Assembly (NCBI GenBank): GCA_041691675.1
Contig: JBEPUC010000018.1
Coordinates: forward strand, 1,363 to 65,362
Direction: 5' to 3'
Length of the DNA: 64,000 nucleotides
Source of the DNA: Hyphomicrobiales bacterium
GTDB lineage: Bacteria > Pseudomonadota > Alphaproteobacteria > Rhizobiales > Xanthobacteraceae
Part shown: piece by piece, positions 42,161-50,910 of the stretch
How positions within the stretch are numbered: position 1 is the first letter of the stretch
How the letters are laid out: every line of letters starts with the position of its first letter
Position numbers and translations under genes: made by a program
The notes under the pieces: model-generated
Databases searched by the model: none
The model's input: only the letters and a program-made list of their open reading frames with translations
Told to the model about the DNA's origin: nothing

Positions 42161-42532
42161 ATGGCTAACTCGGCATTATCTGACGCTTCCATACGGAGTT
42201 TTAAGCCGCCCGAAAAGGGGCAGCTAAAGTATTGGGATGAGAAGCTCCCCACGTTTGGCGTGCGCATCAGCCAGGGTGGCAGCAAGACCTCTATTCTCAA
42301 CTACCGAAACAACTACATCAGCATCGGCCGCTTCCCGATAATCTCGCTGTCGGAAGCGCGCACGCAAGCCAGACGACTTTTGGCTGAGTTTACCCTCGGC
42401 AAAGGGCGCCCCCAGGCCATTACTTACGAACAGGCTGTAGAGGCCTTTCTCAAAGACCGTGCCGAGAAAGCGCGGGCGCGTACCGTGTCGGCGCACCCGG
42501 TGCCGGTAAGACCACCTTCATTTCAGCGATGA
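42161..42532 (+). pseudogene. Integrase N-terminal arm-binding domain (DUF4102-like), truncated
   Basis: LSDASIRSFKP..YWDEKLPTFGVRISQGGSKT..IGRFPIISLSEAR. Homology ends near 42486. Confidence 0.8.
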
Positions 42533-44025
42533 TTGCAGACGACCTGAAGAAGGTCGCCCGCAACGAATGCTCCATCTTTGTGATGGACAGTCAGAACGAG
42601 CTCGTTCCGGATATTTCGAAGCTGGAGATGTTTGCGCCAGGGCGGCCACTACACAATAAACTTATATACTTGGAGCCCGACCCCGATTATCCGTTGGCCC
42701 TCAACATCTTTGACACCAACAAAACACGCTCGCAAAGGCTTTCCTCGAAAGAGCAAGCCATGCTTGAGAGCGGCGCAATTTGGATGGTGGAATTCTTCCT
42801 CAGCTCTTTGGTCAAATCGGAAGCCTCCCCTCACCAAGATACATTCCTGAATTACGTCATACCAGCGTTGCTCGCGATACCCGACGCCACGATTTTTACC
42901 TTCAAAGATTTGCTTGAGGGCGCCAAGGTCAAAAATGGGCCGACAGGTTACGACCATTACAAGCAGCATTTCACCAGCTTGCGCCAAGATACCCAGGAAT
43001 GGCTCCGCGACCGCATGCACAGCCCTGAAATGGCGACGACCCGCAACGCCATACGGACCCGCCTGGACGGCTTCACCGCCCGTGGCTTTTTTCACGATAT
43101 GTTTGCTCATCCCCGCAACAAACTCGACCTTTTTGCGGAAATGCAAAGTGGCAAGGCAATCCTGGTCAACACCTCGAAAGGTTTGCTCAAGAACGGCACC
43201 GAACCCTTTGGGCGCTACTTCATTGCCCGTCTCTTGCAAGCCGCCGAAGAGCGCATGTTTTTGAGCCCAGGAACCCGCCTGCCCGTCTACTGTTACCTAG
43301 ATGAAGCTTCCGACTACATCTCAGAAGAAGAAAATATCGAGGAGCTTATAAATAAGGCCCGCAAGCAAAACGTCGCACTTATCATTGCCAATCAGATGGA
43401 ATCTCAAATCAAATTGCCAGTCGTTCGAGATGCGCTGAGCCGCGTAGCCATCCAATGCCGAGGCGAGCCCGGAGAACCCGGCCAGCCTCCGAAGTGGGAT
43501 ATCGCTATCGGCAATCAACAGTCGGTCCAAATCCAGGTGCCTAACGTCAATTTCGCCACGATGCCGCAAATGTCGAGCGCCAATTATGAGCAAATGCTCA
43601 CCGATATGCGCTGTCGCTTTTCTACATCGGCTGTGGAGCGCGCGCAGACACAGCAGCGGCGTGATGATGACAGGACGGCTAGCGGCGAGACACATCAACG
43701 ACGCGAACCGCCCAAACCCGAGAGGCCCACAGGACCTCCGAGAGATGACGAGTACGACGAGCGCTACGACAGTTTCGAGCTGATGTCGCTGCATCCTGTT
43801 AAAGCCCGCAAGGGAACGGTTCTCACAGTGACCTGCCCAAACGGCCATGAGCATCTACAGCCAATCGCTCCGGGCACACATAATGGCTTTCGTTTTTGCA
43901 TCAGAGGAGTCGGTACTACCCGCCGTCCCGACAATAGAAACGGTAATTTTTGGGTTGAACTTGCTATCCCTGAAATGCGCGAGCAACAGACCGATTCCAA
44001 CGAGACCGACGCAAAGCCGTGGTAA
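42487..44025 (+). pseudogene. VirD4/TraD-like ATPase lacking its 5' end, with a DnaJ C-terminal-like tail
   Basis: Walker A GAPGAGKT at 42490-42513, in frame upstream of the tracked ATG; Walker B YLDEA; ARKQNVALIIANQ. No start codon precedes Walker A. Confidence 0.75.
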
Positions 44026-44133
44026 TTTCCTGTGCTATCATTTTAGGGGCACTACATCACACGCCTACATCAGCAGCCTCAGCTCACCATGGCTGCCGGT
44101 GACCAACTTTTATAAGCGAGTATTCTACAATGC

Positions 44134-45069
44134 ATGAAAGAGAGAAATTCACGATGGGATGACGAGCCGAGGCTTAAGGACGGTAAGCCTGTCATTGTCA
44201 CGCCGTGCGAAAGCGACCTCAAGCTCTTTCAGTTGCTCCTGCGCTATCGATACCTCCCCGCTAATTTCATACTGCCCTTCACCGGCTTTTATTACAGCTA
44301 CGTCAAAGGCCGCTTAGACGTACTGGCCCGACAGCCGAACAAGTTTTTGCACCGGCCGGAAAAGCAACGCTCGCAGCCAAATGCCGGGTATCGCTACCTC
44401 ATTTATGAGCTTGCCTCTAAAGGCGAGCAGAAGCTCAAGGACGCCGGACTTTGGACGCCTGAACCGCAACTGGGCGATAAAAAGCTCTTTGCGCACTCCC
44501 TCATGGTTTCTGAGACGATTGCCAGCCTGGAGCTTGGCTGCCAGTCAATGATTTGGTGGCCCGAGATTGCCGCCCGCCTCCCGAAGCCCGAGCGCCATAT
44601 CCCCGTTGAAATATCCCACGGCAAGCAAACGGCGGCATTTGATTACTACAACGACAGCAATGGCCCGTTCGGCATCCGCTACTCCGATGGAACGGCGCGT
44701 TTCTTCTCTCTTGAGGCCGAGCACACCAACCAGGTGGATTGCAGTAACCTCCGCAAAACCTCATTTCTCAAGAAGTTTCTCGCTATCAAGCACATCATGG
44801 ATACAGGCGCGTACAAACGCGTCTGGGGCTTGCCCAACCTCGTGACGCTGGTGGTCACCTCCTCACAAGCCCGGATCGACACCATGAAAGACCTCATCTT
44901 GCGGGAAACCAACGGCAAAGGCGTGCGCTACATCGCCTTCTACAAGATCCCCGTCATGGAGGACTTGGAAGCCTCAAAACCCATGCCGGAGATGTACACG
45001 AATGGCTGGCAACGCGCCGGTCATCCCGACCTCTATCTCAACGAGCCCGTTGAGACGAAGTCACGTTAG
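44134..45069 (+). CDS. Replication-relaxation (Replic_Relax) family relaxase
   Basis: N-terminal wHTH-like region, LFAHSLMVSET, FFSLEAEH and LVTLVVTSSQARI, directly downstream of the coupling ATPase. Confidence 0.78.
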   Translation: MKERNSRWDDEPRLKDGKPVIVTPCESDLKLFQLLLRYRYLPANFILPFTGFYYSYVKGRLDVLARQPNKFLHRPEKQRSQPNAGYRYLIYELASKGEQKLKDAGLWTPEPQLGDKKLFAHSLMVSETIASLELGCQSMIWWPEIAARLPKPERHIPVEISHGKQTAAFDYYNDSNGPFGIRYSDGTARFFSLEAEHTNQVDCSNLRKTSFLKKFLAIKHIMDTGAYKRVWGLPNLVTLVVTSSQARIDTMKDLILRETNGKGVRYIAFYKIPVMEDLEASKPMPEMYTNGWQRAGHPDLYLNEPVETKSR

Positions 45070-45078
45070 GAGAACACA

Positions 45079-45270
45079 ATGGAAGCGAAACTGGCTCGAT
45101 TGAAGGACTTGATAGCTAAGCGGGACGAGATCGACGGCGAGCTGTGCCTGCTTTTAGGTGTTGAGAAAAAGGAGCGGAAGCCCCTTTCCTGTTCCAAGTG
45201 CGGCGAACAGGGTCATACTGCACGCACCTGTCAGAAGGACACTCCGGATGCGAACCAGCCACGTGGATAA
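45079..45270 (+). CDS. 63-aa coiled-coil plus CCHC zinc-knuckle protein
   Basis: CSKCGEQGHTARTC = C-X2-C-X4-H-X4-C; RBS AGGAG. Confidence 0.8.
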   Translation: MEAKLARLKDLIAKRDEIDGELCLLLGVEKKERKPLSCSKCGEQGHTARTCQKDTPDANQPRG

Positions 45271-45436
45271 GGCCATAGATGTGCTGCGTTGACTTAGGCT
45301 CGCCGGTAAGGACGATAATCGGGAACTTAATAAGCTTAATTATACAGCAAGTTCGAGCCCTTTTAAGTAAATAGCCGTTGACCTAACTCTACTTTTAGTC
45401 GTATTTGCTGCCCGTGGCTTCAAACGGGGATAAATA

Positions 45437-46138
45437 ATGAAAGTTCTTACATTGCTCGCAGGAGCGAGCTTGCTCGTTTCGGCCTTGGGCGGGACGGCAC
45501 ATGCAATCACTGTCGATGGCGTTCTCGATGCTGGGTACGGCGCCTCGACTTCTACTGTTACGTATGACGCGAATGCGCAAACCAGCAATTTCGGTAGCCC
45601 TGGCTCTTCGACCAACGCACTTGGTTACAACGTCTATCTCGCCGATCAGGCGGGCACGTTGTACGGATATTTCCAGGGCACAACGGGGACCTCGGCGGGA
45701 GCATTCGCTAACCTCTACTTCGGGCTAAACCATGATCAAGTAGCTGGCTCGATCTTTGGCTTCGAGTTAGGTAACAATAATGCCTTTACTCCAGGTGCGT
45801 CGGGCTCAGTCGCCACGCCGCTCGTGAATTTCGTTGCCTCTGGCAACAACATCGAGTTCTCGATCCCGAACTCGTATTTTGAAGGCGTTCTTGCGGGCCT
45901 CACAAATACGACGTTTGCTCAAAATGGCGACACCATTACCCTTCGTCTCTCCCAGACCTTCGGCTATTCAGTCGCAGGTGGTGACAACTTCGGCACCGGC
46001 GATGCTCGCTTGGGCGAAGTAACTTTGGCTGACGTATCGACGACCCCCCTTCCGGGTACGCTGCCGTTGTTCGCCAGTGGCTTGGGCGCGCTCGGTTTGT
46101 TCGTTGCGCGCAAGAAGCGTAAGAACGCGGCCGCCTAA
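45437..46138 (+). CDS. PEP-CTERM (PLP variant) surface protein
   Basis: Signal peptide; C-terminal TTPLPGTLPLFASGLGALGLFVARKKRK sorting signal. Confidence 0.85.
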   Translation: MKVLTLLAGASLLVSALGGTAHAITVDGVLDAGYGASTSTVTYDANAQTSNFGSPGSSTNALGYNVYLADQAGTLYGYFQGTTGTSAGAFANLYFGLNHDQVAGSIFGFELGNNNAFTPGASGSVATPLVNFVASGNNIEFSIPNSYFEGVLAGLTNTTFAQNGDTITLRLSQTFGYSVAGGDNFGTGDARLGEVTLADVSTTPLPGTLPLFASGLGALGLFVARKKRKNAAA

Positions 46139-46163
46139 GGATTGGAATCGTTGTTGGATATGG

Positions 46164-46197
46164 AAGGCCCGCGTTAATGCGCGGGCCTTTTGCTTTT
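46164..46197 (+). terminator. Rho-independent terminator
   Basis: AAGGCCCGCG/CGCGGGCCTT stem plus T-tract. Confidence 0.75.
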
Positions 46198-46401
46198 AGC
46201 ATGAGAAATTATCTGGCTCTCAGTCTCTTTCACATGCTACAAAATACCATGCGGAAAAATCCCATAACCTTCGGCGCTTTTTTCAACTCTATTTTTACGA
46301 CACAACGTCTCGTTAGGATTGCATTGATATTGGCGTTTACTGTCGCGGCCGCCTACCTTCAAGTCCATCACGGCGGTTCTTGAGTGGACTTAAAATAATA
46401 G

Positions 46402-46424
46402 AAAAACCCCGCACTAGGCGGGGT
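46402..46424 (-). terminator. Rho-independent terminator of ardC
   Basis: CCCCGC/GCGGGG stem plus T5 on the minus strand. Confidence 0.7.
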
Positions 46425-46434
46425 GTAGTAGTCA

Positions 46435-47283
46435 TTACGCCGCTTCTTCGAGTTGCTCCGTAAAGCCTCTCAAATAATCTGCGGCTTTCGAGGCTTTCGA
46501 TGCAGCAGTGAAAATAGCACGGCTATCTTCTTTGAATAGCTGGAGCCAATTTGCCAAATATTCCGCATGGCGTAGTTGGCCAGTGACACTCAAGTGAGCA
46601 CAAAGGAACGCTGCACCAAGTTCGGCTACCAACTCCTCTGCCGCATAGGCATTCGTACCAAAGCGGGTTTTCAAGTCGCGGTCGAGGCGCTTAGGGTGCC
46701 CAGACCAATGGCAACATTCATGTAGTGCCGTCGCCAAGTAGTGCTCGTAACTCTCAAAGGCGGTTGTATCTGGTAAGCGTATGAAGTCGTCTGCGGGGCG
46801 ATAGAACGCCATATCGCCGCCGTGCCTTATGTCGGCTTTGGTAGCTTGGATAAACGCCGTAGCCTGGTCATCGCGCGCTTGTTGCGAGAGAACAGGTGAG
46901 GGCGCTTCTTGCTCAATGCCATCCATTTGGGAGACATTGAAAACGTGGAAGCTTTTGAGATACCCGACGCTCTTTGCATCATCGCCTTCTCCTACAATCA
47001 TCTTGTTTGTGTAAACGACGCGCGTGGACTTCTCGCCGCCCTTCACTTGGGCGCCAATGGCCTGTGCTTGCTTGTAAGTGAGCCACAGAGAGCTCGGCCA
47101 GTCGTTGCGTATCTGGCTATCCCAAAGGATGCAGATATTGATGCCCGAGTAGCTGCGCCTGGTAGCAAAGTTGCGGGGCATGATGCTGCCGCCCTTCACC
47201 GTCCATGGCCTTGTCCATGGGACGGTACCAGCCTCAAGCTGTTTGATGATGGTATCGGTAACCGATACGTACAAATCCGCCAT
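46435..47283 (-). CDS. ardC: ArdC-like antirestriction protein
   Basis: GTVPWTRPW, YSGINI, WLTYKQAQ, LHECCHWSGH and YAAEELVAELGAAFL. Confidence 0.9.
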   Translation of the reverse strand: MADLYVSVTDTIIKQLEAGTVPWTRPWTVKGGSIMPRNFATRRSYSGINICILWDSQIRNDWPSSLWLTYKQAQAIGAQVKGGEKSTRVVYTNKMIVGEGDDAKSVGYLKSFHVFNVSQMDGIEQEAPSPVLSQQARDDQATAFIQATKADIRHGGDMAFYRPADDFIRLPDTTAFESYEHYLATALHECCHWSGHPKRLDRDLKTRFGTNAYAAEELVAELGAAFLCAHLSVTGQLRHAEYLANWLQLFKEDSRAIFTAASKASKAADYLRGFTEQLEEAA

Positions 47284-47332
47284 AGCGAACCTCCATTGTT
47301 GTGGAACGTCCGCTTCTCATTGTACCGCGCCG

Positions 47333-47641
47333 TTAGTTCGCCACCTCTAGTATCAACACGCGAATAGTTTTGTTGCAGTCGAGAGGGTCGCGGCTGCGCC
47401 CTTTCAAGTTGGCGGTGCGATACTCGATGTGCCAGCGTATCGGGGGCGCCATAAGAATTAACCCTGCATCGTGGTGGCCATCCTTTCCGAAACTGGAGTA
47501 GGCGCGCACGCGGCGTAGCGCTTCATTCTTGATTGTCTCAGGAAGCTCGTAGAACTCTCGCGACATCATCACTACACCAAGCAAGGCGGTGCGCATGTTG
47601 TCGTTAAGCAGTCGGAGTGTGTGCAATCGCGACATGCTCAA
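47333..47641 (-). CDS. DUF3768-like protein
   Basis: LNDNMRT, RVRAYSSF..GHHDAG and DPLDCNKTIRVL; upstream of ardC. Confidence 0.6.
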   Translation of the reverse strand: MSMSRLHTLRLLNDNMRTALLGVVMMSREFYELPETIKNEALRRVRAYSSFGKDGHHDAGLILMAPPIRWHIEYRTANLKGRSRDPLDCNKTIRVLILEVAN

Positions 47642-47755
47642 TAATCACGTTTTTATCTGCGTGAATGTACGGCTGCAATGTTGGGCCATGGAGCGCCAAG
47701 CGGAGCAATGATGTGCCACGCGCGAACTAGATTATTTTTGCCCGTCACTTACGGT

Positions 47756-48241
47756 ATGCGCATGGGCTTCATCAGAGAAAAAACAATTAAAGGCCGCCGG
47801 TATCGCTATTACCAACACAATGTCCGTAAGGGTAAGAAGGTTGTGTCGGTTATGACGTATCTGGGGGCTGTGGGTGCTATGACGGCGATCAGTGTGCTCG
47901 CGGCGCGAGATGCGGCGGGAAAGGATAAGCCTATCCGTTATAAGTCAAGGATGTTCGGCACCGATAAGCGGGCTAACGCGCACCAGGAGGCCTATAACCG
48001 CGAACGGTGGGAAAAGGAGATGGCAGACCCAGCGGGGCGTTTTGCGCGGGAGGCAGGTAAGGCAAAGATGCACAGTGACAGAAAGGCAGGAGAAACGCCA
48101 AAACCCTCACGGGCCGACGTAAAGGCTGAGAAGGCTAAAGCGGAAGAAATGCGGGAGTTTAACGAGCGACTCAAAGAGGCGAGGGCTGAGCAGGAGGAGG
48201 GTATCGCTATGAGGAACGAGCGGGAGGAGAAGTCTGCTTAG
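47756..48241 (+). CDS. Basic/charged hypothetical protein
   Basis: N-terminal IKGRRYRYYQHNVRKGKKVVSVMTYLG beta-hairpin motif and a coiled-coil tail. Confidence 0.6.
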   Translation: MRMGFIREKTIKGRRYRYYQHNVRKGKKVVSVMTYLGAVGAMTAISVLAARDAAGKDKPIRYKSRMFGTDKRANAHQEAYNRERWEKEMADPAGRFAREAGKAKMHSDRKAGETPKPSRADVKAEKAKAEEMREFNERLKEARAEQEEGIAMRNEREEKSA

Positions 48242-48428
48242 CTAGTCGCTTCGTCTTCGGCCTTCCGCCCTTCTTGCCATTGATGCGGGCAGCCTTTGCC
48301 TTCTTCTTGGATTTGATTGAACCGAGTGCGACTGCGGCTTGTTTGCGCTCCCAACAGTCATCGCAAAGGCCTTCGTGGAACGGCGACCATGATTGGGCGG
48401 AGCACTTTGCACATGTATACATGGCCAT
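48207..48428 (-). CDS. Small Zn-finger protein with an AARxNGKKGGRP basic tail
   Basis: CAKC...CDDC and KAARINGKKGGRPK. Confidence 0.65.
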   Translation of the reverse strand: MAMYTCAKCSAQSWSPFHEGLCDDCWERKQAAVALGSIKSKKKAKAARINGKKGGRPKTKRLAKQTSPPARSS

Positions 48429-48429
48429 A

Positions 48430-48636
48430 TTATTTATTCGGAGGCACAAAGTCCTCATTAGCTGCTAACTCCCTCAATTTGTCGCGTAAGGGCTGTGCCA
48501 GTGCAATAAGCTCTGAGGCTATGTGCGCGCTCTCTTCAATTGCACCCGATGATTTTCCATCCCAAAAGCTCGCGACCTCTTCAAGCCCGCGAATAAATCT
48601 CGTTAACTCCGCTTCAAGTGATGTATGGTTGTCCAT
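48430..48636 (-). CDS. Hypothetical helical protein
   Basis: 68-aa ORF in a tightly packed minus-strand run. Confidence 0.55.
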   Translation of the reverse strand: MDNHTSLEAELTRFIRGLEEVASFWDGKSSGAIEESAHIASELIALAQPLRDKLRELAANEDFVPPNK

Positions 48637-48639
48637 AAA

Positions 48640-48921
48640 TTATTTGATATTCGAATAAGCGGGGTGGCACTGCGGACACTCTCTCGTGTCGAGGCTTTCC
48701 CCGTGAGCGTCTAATTGCGCCAGGCAGCCCGTGCCGCCGCACGTTTCGCATTTTGGCTCGGCAATCTCATCACGGCGCACCCAACGCCTGATGTACTCGC
48801 CGTCTCGGTTAGTAACGCCGATACAAACGCTGTAGCCCGTAGGAGACTTACTATCGAACTCGACTACCTTGCCCTTGGTGCCGTCTTTGAGCACCACTTT
48901 GTCTAAGATTATGAGAGGCAT
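48640..48921 (-). CDS. Hypothetical protein with an SH3/KOW-like N-terminus and a Zn ribbon
   Basis: DKVVLKDGTKGKVVE; CETC...CPQC. Confidence 0.6.
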   Translation of the reverse strand: MPLIILDKVVLKDGTKGKVVEFDSKSPTGYSVCIGVTNRDGEYIRRWVRRDEIAEPKCETCGGTGCLAQLDAHGESLDTRECPQCHPAYSNIK

Positions 48922-48933
48922 ATTAGTGGCGCT

Positions 48934-49032
48934 TTATCCGAGCGCCTGATAACCGAATAAAAAGACCATGAGCGAGCTGAACAGAACGAAACTGAGAAAC
49001 AGTGCAACCAACATCCAAACTTCTTTGTGCAT
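48934..49032 (-). CDS. 32-aa single-TM peptide
   Basis: MHKEVWMLVALFLSFVLFSSLMVFLFGYQALG; not in the ORF track. Confidence 0.45.
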   Translation of the reverse strand: MHKEVWMLVALFLSFVLFSSLMVFLFGYQALG

Positions 49033-49177
49033 AAAACGTGTTAATTAGGCTTGTACCTCTACATTGTAACCGAACGGTGGGATTGTACCAGCAAATCGTT
49101 GTGTATAAGGAGGCAGACGACACAAAAGTTATAGTGTCAATAAGCGCCTCGCTATATCTTTGTCCTGAGGTGCCTTC

Positions 49178-49378
49178 ATGACTAATCCTGGCCGAACGGA
49201 TGTAAGTAAAGCGTGTACCAAGTGCGGAGGCCGCATGTATTTGGCCGATATACGCAAGGCTGAGCAGAAGAAGCAGGAGGAGGTTCACACCTTTAACTGT
49301 GAAAAGTGCGCGGCACAAAATAGCTTTGCCTTTCCGAAGCTGCCGCGACTGTATCGTTCCGCTAAAGACCTTTCATAG
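49178..49378 (+). CDS. Small Zn-ribbon protein
   Basis: CTKCGGRM...FNCEKC; RBS GAGGTG. Confidence 0.6.
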   Translation: MTNPGRTDVSKACTKCGGRMYLADIRKAEQKKQEEVHTFNCEKCAAQNSFAFPKLPRLYRSAKDLS

Positions 49379-49666
49379 AAACTTATTCCTTTTTTACGCT
49401 CGCGTTTCCCTTCAGAAGCCAGCATCACCTCTCAACCGACTGGTGTTCTCACACAAACAACGTGTCGCTCCAATGCACGCGATTGAAGACGATTGCGGCC
49501 TCCTATGTGGGGAGAACTTGCCGCTTGTAATAATAACACGTGGTAAAATGGGTGCAGATGTAGATTGGTGCGCGGCATCCGCGACGTTACGGCCGAAGCG
49601 TCGTGGGTCCCGCACATCAATCAAAGCAGTAGCGGGAAAGGAGTATCTCATGGCTAAAGAAGCTAA

Positions 49667-49990
49667 GGAGAAGCCGCAGCCCGCTGCAAAGTTTCGGCTC
49701 GGCTAGCCGTGGGAGACAACACCGGCTTTAGCACCGGGCCTCATTGCCATACTCAATGGCGGCGCATCAACTGGAACGGCGGCACGAACTACACGACTGT
49801 TGACATCAACGAGGCCAACAACTCCTTTGACCCGACCCAGTTTTATACAGGTGCAACTCCAACACCGCCCGAGCTTGGCCCCGCCGATAAGATAGCGGTT
49901 ATGGCCGCAGAAAAGGAAACCTCGGGCGACAGCAAGACTGCCACCATGCTCTGGGCAGTCGTCAACTTTATCAAAGCCTTCGGAAAATGA
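49667..49990 (+). pseudogene. M23 peptidase (endolysin-like) C-terminal fragment
   Basis: GDNTGFSTGPHCH (HxH) motif. The frame is open only from 49667, so the first Zn-ligand motif is missing. Confidence 0.7.
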
Positions 49991-50033
49991 GGGGGTATAA
50001 TTACTCGGTGCGATTATTCTTCATCTAAACATC

Positions 50034-50291
50034 ATGGAAATCATCTTAGCCGTCTTGGTCTCAGCTCTTACTCAATGGCTTAAACAGCATATGCCAAACC
50101 AGTATTACACGCTTGGTCTTGTCGCTGTGCTCTCGCTCGTTGGTGCAGGCATCTATACGACCCTGGTAGATATCGGGTACTGGCGGGGTGCATTGCAAAT
50201 CATGATAATTGCCGGGGCAATTTACACGTACATCATTGCAAGGTTTGAGGGCGGTTCAGAGGTAAACACCTACATGCCTCCACAGGGCTAA
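50034..50291 (+). CDS. Holin-like membrane protein
   Basis: 85 aa with 2-3 TM segments, directly after the M23 fragment. Confidence 0.55.
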   Translation: MEIILAVLVSALTQWLKQHMPNQYYTLGLVAVLSLVGAGIYTTLVDIGYWRGALQIMIIAGAIYTYIIARFEGGSEVNTYMPPQG

Positions 50292-50350
50292 AACAGCATC
50301 TATTTCGCGCAAAAATGCCCCCTACAACGATGTTCGGGGCCTTTTGCTAT

Positions 50351-50815
50351 TCATATGTTTCTTAGCTTCAAGTATGGCTTAAATACCTCGACAAGCCTTG
50401 GATATTCGGCCGTCAAATCCTTTTCCATGTCTGCCAGTTGATCGGCCCACTCACTCTTCCGAGGATCATTCAAAGGCAGTGTATCAGTCTGCCTAGATTT
50501 CGTCCTGTGTGCCAGCAGCTTTGTTCGCAGCCCGTCCAGATACACAGTCACTTCCTCTTCGAAGAGGAAGACCACGTCAGCCGTGTTAAAATTAAAATTT
50601 GCTACATCTTTTCCTTCTACGCGACCTTCAGCCATGAAGCCCGCCAGGAATCCTCTAGCGCCTTCAAATATCTTCAAACGTTTTTCAAATAAATCTAAAT
50701 TTAGCTTTGCCGATGCGATTCTGGCTTGCTTTAAGGCGATCCATGAACCGAGGCATGAGATAACTATCAGCGCAATTGCCTGAGCCCATTGCATCCACCA
50801 CGGCAAATAGTACAT
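50351..50815 (-). CDS. Membrane-anchored hypothetical protein
   Basis: One N-terminal TM followed by LNLDLFEKRLKIF helical region; immediately downstream of the candidate ncRNA. Confidence 0.7.
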   Translation of the reverse strand: MYYLPWWMQWAQAIALIVISCLGSWIALKQARIASAKLNLDLFEKRLKIFEGARGFLAGFMAEGRVEGKDVANFNFNTADVVFLFEEEVTVYLDGLRTKLLAHRTKSRQTDTLPLNDPRKSEWADQLADMEKDLTAEYPRLVEVFKPYLKLRNI

Positions 50816-50910
50816 CACAGTCTCCACTTTCAATTGAGCCAGGTACAGCCTCTTTATACCCTTCAGTAGCACGATGCTCTTGGTCTTCTGTGTCTTTATG
50901 TGAAGCGTAG

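Noticed and set aside
42420-42490. Programmed -1 frameshift joining the integrase and the ATPase
   Set aside because: No X XXY YYZ slippery heptamer or stimulator found; a deletion is simpler.
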